64,000 nucleotides of DNA. Origin: an uncultured Gammaproteobacteria bacterium (GTDB lineage Bacteria > Pseudomonadota > Gammaproteobacteria > JAURND01). The stretch covers positions 320,001 through 384,000 of the forward strand of contig CAVQQD010000002.1 in the NCBI GenBank assembly GCA_963714975.1, given 5' to 3'. A program made the position numbers and the translations under genes. The notes under the pieces were generated by a model. That model had not been told where the DNA came from and made no database searches. It was given only the letters and a program-made list of their open reading frames with translations. This document shows, one piece after another, positions 41,528-52,944 of the stretch (positions are counted from its first letter, which is position 1; every line of letters starts with the position of its first letter).

Positions 41528-42469
41528 ATGCAAACAACTACTGAAGACAAGCTCCTATCATTGCCTGATGACGCAATTAGCGATGAATTTAAACTGATTA
41601 GTCGGCGCAGTTTTGATAACAAAGAAACCGGAGAGTTTATCGATCCAGACATTGGTTTAGTCCATGTTTTGTCTGCCAGATGTACTATCCTACAAGGAAA
41701 TCCTGGGAATTTGCCAGAACCTTATGATGCTTTAGACGATTACATCCGCTTTTTGAAGGGAATCGAAATAGCTAAGAAAATTGCTGCAAAAAGGCTTGGT
41801 ATTTCAGCAGAGAAACTTAGCCAAGAACAATGCATCATCCCAATCCTTTACAATGGCCTAGACATTCATAATGAACATCTAAAAAAAGCCATCAAAAAAG
41901 GAATGATAGCTTACCCAGCAAATAAAATTATTATCAGCAAACTTGACCCTCGATTCCAACATACTGGTGGGCAAATGGCCTCGTTGTCTGACGTTTTTGA
42001 TGAAGGGTGCGTGAAGGGACATCAAGGAGATGAAGATATTGACTTAGCAAAGGTTAACCGCATTGCTATCGTAACCAGTGCCTATCATGCGCCTCGCACA
42101 GCTAGAACTGTGAGTGCGGATTCTCCTGCATTAAGGCTTGGAAAAGATCCAGAAAGCAATAGCCCATTAGAATCAAAAATATTTTACATCTTTGTAGCTG
42201 ATCCTGAATTCACGAGAACCAATGCCCTAGCTGATAAAGTAGGAGAGCATAAGCGTATTTTAAGCTACCCTTTTGGGACAAATCCTGCTATTTCTCTGTT
42301 TACTACCTCCAACGTATTTTTTTCTCCTACTCAAGTCTTTGAACAACAAAGCTTTAATCTACAATCCAGGTCACTTACATACAAGCTCCCTGAAGAGGAA
42401 AAAGATAGCGCAAAATCTTATAACACAGATGAAGAATTATGCGACCCTTCTTACATAAGTACTTATTAG
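41528..42469 (+). CDS. Hypothetical protein with YdcF/ElyC (DUF218)-like motif
   Basis: AIVTSAYHAPR; acidic C-terminus. Confidence 0.6.
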   Translation: MQTTTEDKLLSLPDDAISDEFKLISRRSFDNKETGEFIDPDIGLVHVLSARCTILQGNPGNLPEPYDALDDYIRFLKGIEIAKKIAAKRLGISAEKLSQEQCIIPILYNGLDIHNEHLKKAIKKGMIAYPANKIIISKLDPRFQHTGGQMASLSDVFDEGCVKGHQGDEDIDLAKVNRIAIVTSAYHAPRTARTVSADSPALRLGKDPESNSPLESKIFYIFVADPEFTRTNALADKVGEHKRILSYPFGTNPAISLFTTSNVFFSPTQVFEQQSFNLQSRSLTYKLPEEEKDSAKSYNTDEELCDPSYISTY

Positions 42470-42522
42470 TTACAAAAATTATAGTTTAGATTGCTGAATT
42501 TTCATATGCATGATGCGTTTCT

Positions 42523-42891
42523 CTAGTGCTCTGAGAAGGTCATGACCATAAAAAGTCTGCCAATATCAAGTAATAGATCGGTACCACAGCAGACTAGATC
42601 TACTACCGTGGATGCCAATAATTTTGATTTCTGGGGATATTGATAAAAAGGATAATACCGTAAATAGCGATTGACTAATTTTCTGATCACTGCAATTAAG
42701 TCTTGTTGTGCCAATATGGTAGTCAAACTTAGGCTCACTACTGTATTGAGGTGAGTTAGAAATTCTTGCGCATCAACCCTGGAAATTTTTCCAGGGTGAT
42801 GGCCATAATATTGAAAGGTTTTCCCAAATAAATCAGCAAGCTGCGCAATTTCTGCTGGTTTATAAGGAATCTTAGGCACATGATTTTTCAT
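42523..42891 (-). CDS. Hypothetical protein
   Basis: ATG at 42891 directly after the response regulator stop. Confidence 0.5.
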   Translation of the reverse strand: MKNHVPKIPYKPAEIAQLADLFGKTFQYYGHHPGKISRVDAQEFLTHLNTVVSLSLTTILAQQDLIAVIRKLVNRYLRYYPFYQYPQKSKLLASTVVDLVCCGTDLLLDIGRLFMVMTFSEH

Positions 42892-42892
42892 G

Positions 42893-43136
42893 TTAGTTTT
42901 CCAGAAAATAATCTTTATCGTAATATAGTACAAGATGCTTAACCAATTGCTCACATAATTCTCCGAGCAGTGGCTTAAATAAAAAACCATTACAGCCGAT
43001 CTCCCGAGCTTCTTTTTTATGTTCTTCAGTGCCATGTGCGGTTAAAATGATAATCGGTAGCGTGTTGATTTTATCTGGGAACCTGCGAATAATTCGCGCT
43101 AATGCTAAGCCACTCATATCCGGAAGACCTAGAATC
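42893..43136 (-). pseudogene. Response regulator receiver domain interrupted by IS4
   Basis: LGLPDMSG..PIIILTAH..GFLFKP; insertion at the DLGLPD codons. Confidence 0.85.
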
Positions 43137-44687
43137 CAATGGCACTACCTTAAGGAGCAAAGATGAATATAAGCCTATGATTTAGATGAAAAAAGATGAA
43201 ATCAGTTTCCAAATTTAATATTATTGTTGTAGCAAACACACAATAATAAAAAAAGGAAACTGATCTGTGAATTTTAAAAAGAAAAATAAAATTAAGCAAG
43301 TTAAAAATAAAAGACAAGAATTGGCTGATGGTGCACCAGACATTTTCCTGTTAAACCTATTGAATTCAGAAAAATGTCAGAAGATACTTAGAGAGTGCCG
43401 GGAATATCGTGACCGGATATATAGCCCCACCAAAACCTTATTTACGTTTATTAAACAAGTTTTAAATCCAGATAAATCCTGCAAAAAAGCGGTTGCTGGT
43501 GTTGTTGTGGAGCAGCTGCATAGTAAAAAAAAGAAGCAGAATAAAATAAGCTCAAATACTGGCCCCTATTGTAAGGCCAGAAAGCGATTGCCTGAAGATA
43601 CTGTGAAGGCATTAGTTAAAGAATCTGGAGCTTTCCCTTTGAAATCTATTCCAATGAGATGGAAAGTCTATGGCCGAGAATTAAAAGCATTTGATGGATC
43701 TTACCGTCAAAATGTCGGATACAAAAGCTAATCAAAAAAAATTTCCTCAGCATGGTAATCAGAAAAAAGGGGCTGGATTTCCTATGGCGCGAATAGTAGC
43801 CGTTATGTCACTGACGCGGGGAACCGTAATAGATTATGCAATAGGGGCTCACAAAGGAAAGGGCACAGGAGAAATCTCATTATTAAGAGAAATTATAAAC
43901 TGCATTAAAGCCGACGATATTGTGCTGGGTGACCGTTATTACCCCAATTTTTTTCTTATGGCGGACTTAAAAAAAATAGGAGCTGATGGTGTTTTTCGCG
44001 GACAAAGTCAAAGGAATTATGATTTTAGAATGGGACAAAAATTGGGTAAAAATGATCACATTGTCAACTGGGAGAAACCACAGAAACCGGAATGGATGAC
44101 ACAAAAGCAATATGAGGCATACCCCGATCAAATTTCCATACGGGAATTTAAAGTATCAGGCCACATATACGTTACAACATTTTTAGACAAAAAATACCAC
44201 AAAGCAGAGCTTGCCCAAATATATAAGCGAAGGTGGGAGGTGGAGCTTAATTTGCGAAGTATTAAAAGTATCATGAATATGGATATGTTATCGTGCAAAA
44301 CACCAGAAATGGTTAGAAAAGAAATAGGAATTCATTTATTAGCATATAATTTTATCAGAATAATTATAGCAAAAGCTTGTTATGAGTATGGCGTTAATCC
44401 ATGGGAAATAAGCTTTAAGGGAAGTGTGCAGCTACTAAATGAATTTATTCCTTATTTTATAAGCTCAAATCAGGTGAGCAACCATAAAATGTATATTGAG
44501 ATGTTAAAATTAATTGTGCAAAACAAAGTTGGAAATAGACCAGATAGGGTGGAGCCCAGGCTAGTCAAGCAAAGACCGAAACCATTTCCAGCCTTGAAGA
44601 GAAACAGAGCAATCGAAAAAGAAAAATTGCTACGTAAAATAAATAAAAGGATTTTAAAATATTCTGTGGCTTAAGGTAGTGCCATTG
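43137..44687 (+). mobile_element. IS4-family insertion sequence; transposase 43267-44674 frameshifted at ~43700
   Basis: Perfect 18-bp TIR CAATGGCACTACCTTAAG; TSD GACCTAGA(A)TC; DGS, GDRYY, YKRRWEVE motifs. Confidence 0.95.
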
Positions 44688-44697
44688 GACCTAGATC

Positions 44698-44729
44698 GAT
44701 CACTTATGTGGAGCTCCACATAAGTGATC
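44698..44729. repeat. Perfect 32-bp palindrome
   Basis: GATCACTTATGTGGAG|CTCCACATAAGTGATC. Confidence 0.95.
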
Positions 44730-44810
44730 TTATGTTGACACTTCACTAATGTGGAGTAATTTTTATATCTATACGCTTACAGGGGTGGTGGTGTAACGAA
44801 ATGTAATCAC

Positions 44811-45368
44811 TCATTTGGCGCGTGCCAAAAAAAGATACTGCGTGTAAATCTCATCAACCAACCGTAGCAACCCCTGTTGCTCATCACTGAACACTGTGGG
44901 GCGAGGTGTGTAATAAACACTGGATCTGTTCAGCTCCAATATCGCGCATTGTTGCCGCACTGACAACAGCGCATGCTCGGCATCAACCCACCCCAACCGT
45001 TCATGTACAGAACACGTCACACTTTTTTTAGAAAATCATTTTCTACCTTTAATCGACCGATCTGCTCATATAACTTACCTAATTGCGTTTCATAGGTGGT
45101 TATTTCCTGCTTACCTTTATCATTAAACGCATCGGGCAAATACGCTAATGCCTGCTTTTTCCACGCATTTACCTGGGTTGAGTGAATTTTGTACTTGGCC
45201 GTAATCTCGGCCAACGTCAATTCTCCTTTGATCGCTTCTAATGCAATCTTGGCTTTTTCCGCCGGACTATATTTTTTACGTTTATCGCTCATCTCGTCTC
45301 CTGGTTTTTAGACGAGAATTATATCTTAGCTACTCCGTTTAGTGGTCCGAATTTATTGACCTACTATA
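44811..45368 (-). mobile_element. IS3-family remnant (orfA, start of orfB, left end)
   Basis: KAKIALEAIKG..LYEQIGRLKVENDFLKK, A7G slippery site, LSVRQQCAIL..RSSVYY. Confidence 0.88.
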
Positions 45369-45733
45369 AAGCACGGTGTATGCTGAACTTATTAAATGGA
45401 TGCAACTATAAAAAAACATGATTAGCAATGCGCCTTTCCAGTAGGACTGTAAACTATTATTGCAGCAGGATGCGGGGAAAATTACGCTGTAAAAATAAAA
45501 AAGAATTGATTATCTTTAGGTTTAATAGTTGATTCACTAAGTATAACTCAAGTAGTTTACGCTGCTTCGGAAGCAACCATTAGTTATAAAAATCTTGGAA
45601 CTCAAATATTGTTGGATCAGATTTGTATCATAAAATTAAGTAACCATGGCTAGATCTTGACCTTATGCGCCTCTGATTTGTAAAGAAATGCGATTATTAT
45701 TTTTATACTGTTTAATTTATTCTAAGGAAAGAG

Positions 45734-46270
45734 ATGAGTATGGCTAAATCTCAAAAAACCGAAGTAAAAAAGAAAAAATCGAATGTATCGGTGACTCGTA
45801 AGCTACCTGGTGTGCCTCCGGGTTATCATACTGTCACCCCTTATTTAATAGTCAAGCAAGCTGCCAAAGCTATTGATTTTTATAAGATTGCTTTTGGAGC
45901 TATAGAGGTCGCACGCATAGAATATCCAAAAGGCAGCATTAGGTACGCTGAATTAAAGATGGGTGATAGTAAAATCATGCTGACAGAAGCAAGCCTTAAG
46001 AGGAATATGTACAGCCCGCAAGACTTACAGGGTTCTCCAGTATTTATTAGCTTATATGTAGGAGATGTAGATGCAATGGTTAAGCGTGCGATAGCAGCTG
46101 GAGCAAAACTACTACAGCCGGTCGAAAACATGTATTATGGTGGTGATCGAAGCGCAGATTTAGAAGACCCTTACGGGCACAAATGGTTTATTTCAACACG
46201 GGTTGAAAGAATATCTATGACTCAAATTAGAAAGCGAGCGATAGAATGGTATAAGAAAAACGAAAAATAG
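45734..46270 (+). CDS. VOC/glyoxalase (PhnB-like) family protein
   Basis: GYHTVTPYL, AIDFY..AFGA, DPYGHKW. Confidence 0.9.
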   Translation: MSMAKSQKTEVKKKKSNVSVTRKLPGVPPGYHTVTPYLIVKQAAKAIDFYKIAFGAIEVARIEYPKGSIRYAELKMGDSKIMLTEASLKRNMYSPQDLQGSPVFISLYVGDVDAMVKRAIAAGAKLLQPVENMYYGGDRSADLEDPYGHKWFISTRVERISMTQIRKRAIEWYKKNEK

Positions 46271-46326
46271 GCATAAAAAAAGTAATTATTGGCGTACAGT
46301 GCAACATGAAAGTGTGGGTCATAGAC

Positions 46327-47180
46327 CAATGGCACTAACTTAAGGAATAGTCATTTTAAGCGCTCACTTTTTTATAGTAAGATTTCCTTGGTTTTTGCAA
46401 CCGAGGGAAAGATTTTGGCCGACGCTTAACCATTCGCGGTTCACTACGCCCCGGTCGATTTCCAACTTTTTTATATGCAATTGCTTGAAGCATTTTACTG
46501 TAAATTATTTCGTTTTGTTCAGAAAAAATTTTTGCCTGACGAAATGCAAGAATAATTTGCAATGCTAATTTGAAGCTCAATTCGCGGGGATTTTTATTAT
46601 GCTTGATTGCTGCTTGAGCCATTATTTTTCTAACCAAGTTATAAACCAGTAAATGCGCCCAAACCTCCTTGTGTACCATCTTAGGCGATTTCCCACGTAA
46701 AACATCCATTTTCATGGTTTTTTTGATGGCTAACAAATTAATTTCCACAAACCAACGACAATCATATAATGTCCCTAATTCATTCTTATTTACTTCAGCA
46801 GTACCCAAAAAAGTGGTTACAAGAACTCGTGACTTTACTCGAAATCCTGGGCGATGATGGCTAATTGATACTTCACGCACCGTTATTTCGTCAGGAAATT
46901 CCTTATAAGTGCCTTCATCCATCCATTCGGGTTTGGCAGGCTTTTTCCACTGAACAAGATGATCTTTTACTCCAACCCGCTTGCCCCTGCGAAAATCACA
47001 ATCACGTGCATGATGAATTGGAAAAACAACGTCAACGTTCATCTGTATAAATTTTGCTACGAGAAAAAATGAGGCATAATAGCAATCGCCCAATACAACA
47101 TCTTTTGGCTTAAAAACAGATGTTACTTGACGCAACAATGCATGTTCTCCTGTTCCTTTGCCTCCGTATGGCCCGCCCAA
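46327..47180 (-). mobile_element. IS4-family partial element (3' half and right end)
   Basis: TIR CAATGGCACTAACTTAAG at 46327; transposase homologous to 43691-44674. Confidence 0.9.
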
Positions 47181-47189
47181 TCGCCAAAT

Positions 47190-47320
47190 CCCGGTGGCCC
47201 TTGCCCACCTTTAGGCAAAACTCATCGTTATGTATTCGTGCTGCGGCTTTAGAACCACCTACCAGTTCTAAAAATTATGGTTATCTAATTGGGCGCAAGC
47301 GGAACTGCTGTTCTTTTTAG
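47190..47320 (+). pseudogene. YbhB/YbcL (PEBP) family C-terminal remnant
   Basis: GGPCPPLGKTHRYVF motif in a + frame. Confidence 0.6.
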
Positions 47321-47387
47321 AGTTATTGTTTTATGATAACGATATTAATTACCATCCTGATTTACCTAATTATTAAAGAGAAGTTAT

Positions 47388-48293
47388 ATGCACAAACTCA
47401 GACAATTTCTGTTTTTATTATTCCTTTTATGCCTAAATTCTGCTGTTGTCGCGAAACCTGAAGCCAATCAAAGCGTTCTCCCTTTGAAATTTGATACTGG
47501 AAATTTAGCGCCTTATGGCTTGCCGTCAACAGTGATTAACATAGCTGGCAAAGAATACCCCGTTATCTTTGATATAGGCGCAAAAAAATATGCACTTGCG
47601 TTGACTAAAAAAGCATTAGAAGGCATTCAAGTTCACTTTACGGGCAAGAAAATTTGCAGCACTTCAGTCAGAGGTAAGGACTGCCTGGATGAATTTATTG
47701 TTCCTGAAGTTCAACTTGGCGCATTTACTGTAAAAAACGTAAAGGGTGTAGTATTAGACAACAGTAAATTATGGGGTGGAAATGGCCAGGATTTCAAAGA
47801 AACTGAGGCATCTCAAATCGGTCTTATGGGTTTTCCATTGCTATCTGAGTTTAATCTGTTACTTGACTACCCGCATGCAAAATTAATAGTGGTTAAATCA
47901 GGAGCAAAACCCACTGACTATCCAGTAGATCAATGGATTTCCATTCCTTTTCAGGGACATTTACTAACCAAATTAAATTTTGACAATAAACCTATTTTAT
48001 TAAGTTGGGATACAGGTGCTCTACCTTCTGTGATTAAAGAATCTTTCGCGAATAGCATTCTAAAAAAACCCTGCCCAACGGACGCACCTTATGCAAAAAA
48101 AGAGTGCAGCAGTATACAATCCACTTCATTCAGCACAACAGAACGAAAGCAATTACCCAACATTTGGTTTAAAACAATTAATACACTACCACCAATTGCT
48201 CCTTTCGATGGCTTAGTCGGAAGTAATTTTTATGCCGATAATATGATTTATTTTGATTTTGATCAGAAAGTGATTTTTGTAAAACCCCATTAA
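47388..48293 (+). CDS. Secreted two-domain retropepsin-like aspartyl protease
   Basis: Signal peptide; FDIGA and WDTGA motifs; GLMG and GLVG motifs. Confidence 0.75.
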   Translation: MHKLRQFLFLLFLLCLNSAVVAKPEANQSVLPLKFDTGNLAPYGLPSTVINIAGKEYPVIFDIGAKKYALALTKKALEGIQVHFTGKKICSTSVRGKDCLDEFIVPEVQLGAFTVKNVKGVVLDNSKLWGGNGQDFKETEASQIGLMGFPLLSEFNLLLDYPHAKLIVVKSGAKPTDYPVDQWISIPFQGHLLTKLNFDNKPILLSWDTGALPSVIKESFANSILKKPCPTDAPYAKKECSSIQSTSFSTTERKQLPNIWFKTINTLPPIAPFDGLVGSNFYADNMIYFDFDQKVIFVKPH

Positions 48294-48308
48294 ACTATTA
48301 AATATGCC

Positions 48309-48785
48309 ATGCAGCCAACTTTTACAGACAATCAGCATTTTAATTATTTAAAAGATCGAGTAGATATTATTGATACAATTCTACGTAGCGCTTATGCCAT
48401 GGACTTGCATGATTGGTCATTGTTGCGTTCCTGCTTGGACGATGAAGTTTTCGTTGATTATTCTGCATTGCGAAACCAACCTGCACAACTAATGTCTGCT
48501 GATGAATTTGTAGCTAAAAGGGCTAAAGATCTGTCGCACTTGAAATTGCAACATATCAGCACTAATCATTTGGCCACTATTGAAGAAAATAAAGCAAAAT
48601 GTACTTGCTGCTTTCTGATTCATCGGTTAGAGCCCATTACTTGCGCTACATTTGATACTGCAGGTCATTATGCTTATGAGCTAGTTCGCAAGAAAACAGT
48701 TTGGTACATTAAGGAAATTATACAAACCGTACTCTGGAATCGAGGTGACAGTAGTATACATGGAGCACTCAGAGATAAAAAATAG
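48309..48785 (+). CDS. NTF2/SnoaL-like (scytalone dehydratase-like) protein
   Basis: AMDLHDW..L, VDYS, QHISTNH, WYIKEI. Confidence 0.85.
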   Translation: MQPTFTDNQHFNYLKDRVDIIDTILRSAYAMDLHDWSLLRSCLDDEVFVDYSALRNQPAQLMSADEFVAKRAKDLSHLKLQHISTNHLATIEENKAKCTCCFLIHRLEPITCATFDTAGHYAYELVRKKTVWYIKEIIQTVLWNRGDSSIHGALRDKK

Positions 48786-48900
48786 CCGTTGTTGATAGCA
48801 TTACCGATTACCCAGCGTTGTGAATGATTTAAAGCATCATGGGTTCAAACCATTCCACTAAACGCGCGCGTAAACCTCATAAACGTAAATTACAGGAGTC

Positions 48901-49692
48901 TTGATCTTGGAAATTTTTTCAAACAACGCATTTAATCATAAAAATATCATCATTATTGGTGGCGCAGGCGATATTGGTTCAGAAATCGCCATGCAATTTG
49001 CAATGGCTGGCGCTCCTAGAGTTGCCTTGCTAGATAGAGATAAAGAAGGTCTTGATAGAACAACTAGCCAATTAAAAAATACTGCATCTGAGGTCTTGCA
49101 ATTTGAAATTAACCTTGCAGATGAGCATTCCATAGAGCAAACCATCAAAAATCTTTATATAGATTTTAAATCTTGGAACGTTTTAGTGACTACAGCTGGT
49201 GTTTTCAAAGGTGGTGAATTAATTGATTTAAAAGCGGATGATTGGGATAGATTAATGACTATCAATGCCAGGGCTGTATTTCTTTCCTCAAAATTAGTTG
49301 CTGAAAAAATGATGGAAATAGGTGGTGGAAAAATCATCCACGTGGGTTCGAGTTCAACTTACTATGGAACCGCCGGCAGCGGTGGTTACGCCGCTTCTAA
49401 AGTAGTAATTAATCAACTAACGCAAACTATGGCTGTAGAATGGGGGCCGCATAACATACAGGTAAATACTGTTTGTCCGACTGTCACTGAAACTAAATTT
49501 TTAGGATTTGTTGCTGGAGATGCATTACATGAAAAATTTAGAGAAAAGTTAAAAACACGTATCCCGTTAAAGCGCTTACTTAAGCCATCTGATATTGCAC
49601 CAACTGTTCTATTTCTTTCCAGCGATGGCTCTCAATTGATTAATGGCGCCATCATTCCAATTGATGGTGGCGCTCGCTGGGTTTCAACCTAA
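48901..49692 (+). CDS. SDR family oxidoreductase
   Basis: GGAGDIG, YAASK, IDGG. Confidence 0.9.
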   Translation: MILEIFSNNAFNHKNIIIIGGAGDIGSEIAMQFAMAGAPRVALLDRDKEGLDRTTSQLKNTASEVLQFEINLADEHSIEQTIKNLYIDFKSWNVLVTTAGVFKGGELIDLKADDWDRLMTINARAVFLSSKLVAEKMMEIGGGKIIHVGSSSTYYGTAGSGGYAASKVVINQLTQTMAVEWGPHNIQVNTVCPTVTETKFLGFVAGDALHEKFREKLKTRIPLKRLLKPSDIAPTVLFLSSDGSQLINGAIIPIDGGARWVST

Positions 49693-49727
49693 AAAAACAT
49701 ATCAGCATCTTAATTGAAGGAATATGC

Positions 49728-50903
49728 ATGAATAAAATTTATTGGTTTCCAACGGTTGCAGGTTTATGGGTTTTATTCATTGGCCTTGGATTATGTCGAT
49801 TTTCCTACACGCCACTCATACCCGATTTAATTAATCAAGGTTGGGTGAATCAAGCCCAAGCAGGTTATTTAGGTGCTATCAATTATTTAGGTTATTTGCT
49901 GGGGGCACTGCTGGCTAAAAGGATCAGCCATATTTATCCTACCCCAAAATTAATTCGATTGAGCCTCATTTTAGCGATCATAAGCTTAGGGTTGTGCGCC
50001 ATTAATATCAGCTTCAGTTGGCTTTCCATTTGGAGATGGTTGGCTGGCTTAGTGGGCGCTTTTTTTATGGTGTTGACGCCTTCTTTTATTGTGAAAGATA
50101 TCCCAGTCACTTATCAAGGCAGAGCAGTAGGCATTATTTTCACTGGCATAGGTCTGAGTATTATGATTTCTGGATTCGCCTTTCCACCACTTGCCAAACT
50201 GCACATAGCATTGGCATGGTTGGCGATGAGCCTATTAGCACTAATAGGCGCCCTTATTGCCTGGCGTACTTTTCAGCCCACCTCAAAATACAGTAATGGC
50301 AGCGTAATAAAAGCATCCAGCATTATTCACTCGACCCAATCCAGAAACTTAACATTAACAGCGATATCATATATTTTATTTGGTATAGCCTGTGTGCCCT
50401 ATCTATTATTTTTAGCTGATTATATTCATAGACAATTACACATTAGCTCCCTTGCAAGCGGTATTTTTTGGTCATTGTTTGGTATTGGTGCGCTAATTGG
50501 CCCATTCTCCTTCGGCTGGCTCGCTGACAAAATTGGTAATTACAAAAGTTTGTTTGTAATCTATTTTTTTTCATTTCTTGGTGGGGCTATGATGATAGGA
50601 CATCAAATTAACATTTTGTATGCGATATCTTGCTTTTGCATGGGGGCATTTTTGTTTGGCATTCTTACGCTCACTTCTCTTAGAACCCATGAATTCGTAG
50701 GTGGTGAACTACATTCTCTCTATTGGGGGAAAATGACATTATATTACGCCATCAGCCAAGCAGGCAGTGCCTACTTAATGTCTTTTCTCTTACATCGAGG
50801 TGTAAGTTATACGACTTGCTTCAGTATGGCTGCTTTACTTTTATTGTTAGCTGCGTTCATCACTTTTTTCACAAAGCAAAAAAAAAGTTTGTTAGGTCCT
50901 TGA
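49728..50903 (+). CDS. YbfB/YjiJ family MFS transporter
   Basis: GLCRFSYTPLIP, NYLGYLLGA, ~12 TM segments. Confidence 0.88.
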   Translation: MNKIYWFPTVAGLWVLFIGLGLCRFSYTPLIPDLINQGWVNQAQAGYLGAINYLGYLLGALLAKRISHIYPTPKLIRLSLILAIISLGLCAINISFSWLSIWRWLAGLVGAFFMVLTPSFIVKDIPVTYQGRAVGIIFTGIGLSIMISGFAFPPLAKLHIALAWLAMSLLALIGALIAWRTFQPTSKYSNGSVIKASSIIHSTQSRNLTLTAISYILFGIACVPYLLFLADYIHRQLHISSLASGIFWSLFGIGALIGPFSFGWLADKIGNYKSLFVIYFFSFLGGAMMIGHQINILYAISCFCMGAFLFGILTLTSLRTHEFVGGELHSLYWGKMTLYYAISQAGSAYLMSFLLHRGVSYTTCFSMAALLLLLAAFITFFTKQKKSLLGP

Positions 50904-50955
50904 AAATGCTGTTTATCAATCAGGGTTATATCTGGCGCCATTATCCAATTGAATC

Positions 50956-51204
50956 ATGGCGCCATTCATACTAGCAGGCTGGGCTAGCGTTGCACCACAA
51001 CAGCATGCTCTGGTGACGCAGAATCACGCACATGCCACCTCGTCTATCGCGTGGAACTCATCTGTCAATTATCTGGGAAGTGCCGTTGGTGCAACAGTTG
51101 GGTCAGTAGCATTGAGTGCGCATATATCTGCTTCGTGGCTGCCGTTGGGTGCAGTGGCGGTAGTAATTGTAGCGGCAGGGATTCACCTCATTAAAATGAG
51201 ATAG
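50956..51204 (+). pseudogene. MFS transporter C-terminal fragment
   Basis: PQQHAL, WNSSVNYLGSAVGA. Confidence 0.6.
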
Positions 51205-51323
51205 AAGTTAATGCAGGTGGAAACTGTCAATTTTGATCTTACTAAGACAAAGCCAAAGGATATACACTTCTCTACATGATCATGAAAAGGAAAAACCCCT
51301 TTAATTAAAAACGACTGCTAAGT

Positions 51324-51840
51324 TTAAATATCGTGTACAGAAGCTTTGTTTAAAAAATTGATTGCTGTTTTGCACATTACCATAGCTGCAATGCGCATAA
51401 TATCGTCTGGAAAATCGAATTCCGAGGTATGTACTGGAGAAGAGTTTTCTCCAGCCCCCACCAAGAAAAAACATCCGGGCACCTTATATAAATATTCTGA
51501 AAAATCTTCGGCTGCTATTTGAGGAGTAGGAAATTCAATTGCTGTTGCCAAAACAAGGTTAGCTTCATTTTCAGTATTAATGGTTGGCGTATGAAATTTG
51601 AAATAATCAATTGAAAAAGTTGCTTCAAAAAAAGTAACAATTTCTTGACACTTTTCTTCAATTTCAAACTTTAATTGGGATAAAACCGTGTCATTTTCTA
51701 CATAATACATGCCAATAAGTTTTACCGTATCAGTCATTCCGCCCTTAATCTCACCGCTTTCAAAACGGATCATATTAATGATTGTACTTCCCGAACTGTA
51801 TTTTTTATGCAATTCCTCTAGTGTAGTAACTATTTTTGCA
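51324..51840 (-). pseudogene. M20 amidohydrolase C-terminal fragment
   Basis: AAEDFSEY..VPGCFFLVG, HTSEFDF; N-terminal half absent. Confidence 0.75.
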
Positions 51841-51995
51841 CCAACAATTTCCTACCGAGGAATGGCAGAATCTATTTGCAATTCGCTCATTGTTGCCATC
51901 TTGGATGGCCAAGAATATTGGCAAAATCAACTTTGGTATAGATAAACATGCCTGAATATTTTCTTACCCTTGCTCCTAAAGATCGTGAAGAGTCA
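51841..51995 (+). pseudogene. Junction remnant of a type IV TA pair (antitoxin tail plus AbiEii-like start)
   Basis: ..EEWQNL..LPSWMAK.. stop overlapping the start of MPEYFLTLAPKDREE. Confidence 0.5.
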
Positions 51996-52010
51996 TAAAA
52001 TGGAACGGAA

Positions 52011-52944
52011 ATGAGCACAAAAAAAATAAATCCTGAAAACAAACATAAAAAAGGCGAAATGCTTGTCTACCAAACTGATGACGGGCAGATCAAACTTGAG
52101 GTGCGCCTGGAACTGGAAACCCTTTGGATGAGCCAAAGCGATATGGCGCAACTGTTTCGGAGTTCTACTGATAATATTTCCCTACATTTAAAAAATATCT
52201 ATGAAGAAGGAGAACTAGATCCTCAAGCAACTACCGAGGATTTCTCGGTAATTCGCCAGGAAGTTCAACGACAGATCCGGCGAAAGCTGACACTTTATAA
52301 TTTAGATGCTGTAATCTCGATCGGTTACCAAATCAAAAGCTTAACAGCAACCCGCTTCCGTATCTGGGCTAGTCAGCGACTTAAGGAATATATCATTAAA
52401 GGTTTTACAATAGATGACGAACGACTGAAGAACCCACCTATCAAAGATTCATCTATCCCTGATTATTTTGATGAAATGCTGGAGTGCATCCGTGACATAC
52501 GCGCCAGTGAGCGGCGTATGTATTTGCGGGTAAAAGAAATTTTTTATGGCGGCTGATTATGAGCCAACTTGGAATGAAACTCCTAAGTTTTTCAGCGTTA
52601 TCCAAAATAAACTGCATTTTGCTGCTACAGGAATGACGGCAGCAGAATTGATTCATTCCCGTGCTAATCACTTATTACCAAATATGGGGCTAACTACTTG
52701 GAAAGATAGTGAAGTTCGTAGAACCGATGTGACTATCGCCAAAAACTATCTTCAGGAAAATGAAATCGAAGAATTGAACCGTATTGTGACCATGTGGTTA
52801 GACTTTGCCGAAGATCAAGCAAAGCGCCATAAGCAGGTGTTTATGAATGATTGGAAACAAAAACTCGATGACTTCCTGCGATTCAACACACGGCAAGTGG
52901 CTAACTCGCTTTTAATCAGATGGCGCCACTCGAATTACGACTGA
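52011..52944 (+). pseudogene. rhuM: Virulence RhuM family protein, frameshifted and truncated
   Basis: ISLHLKNIYEEGEL, YNLDAVISIGY, IRDIRASE, QNKLHFA, AKNYL. Confidence 0.88.

Noticed and set aside
42892-43035. 5' extension of ORF 42523-43035
   Set aside because: Overlaps the response regulator in another frame; ATG 42891 is more plausible
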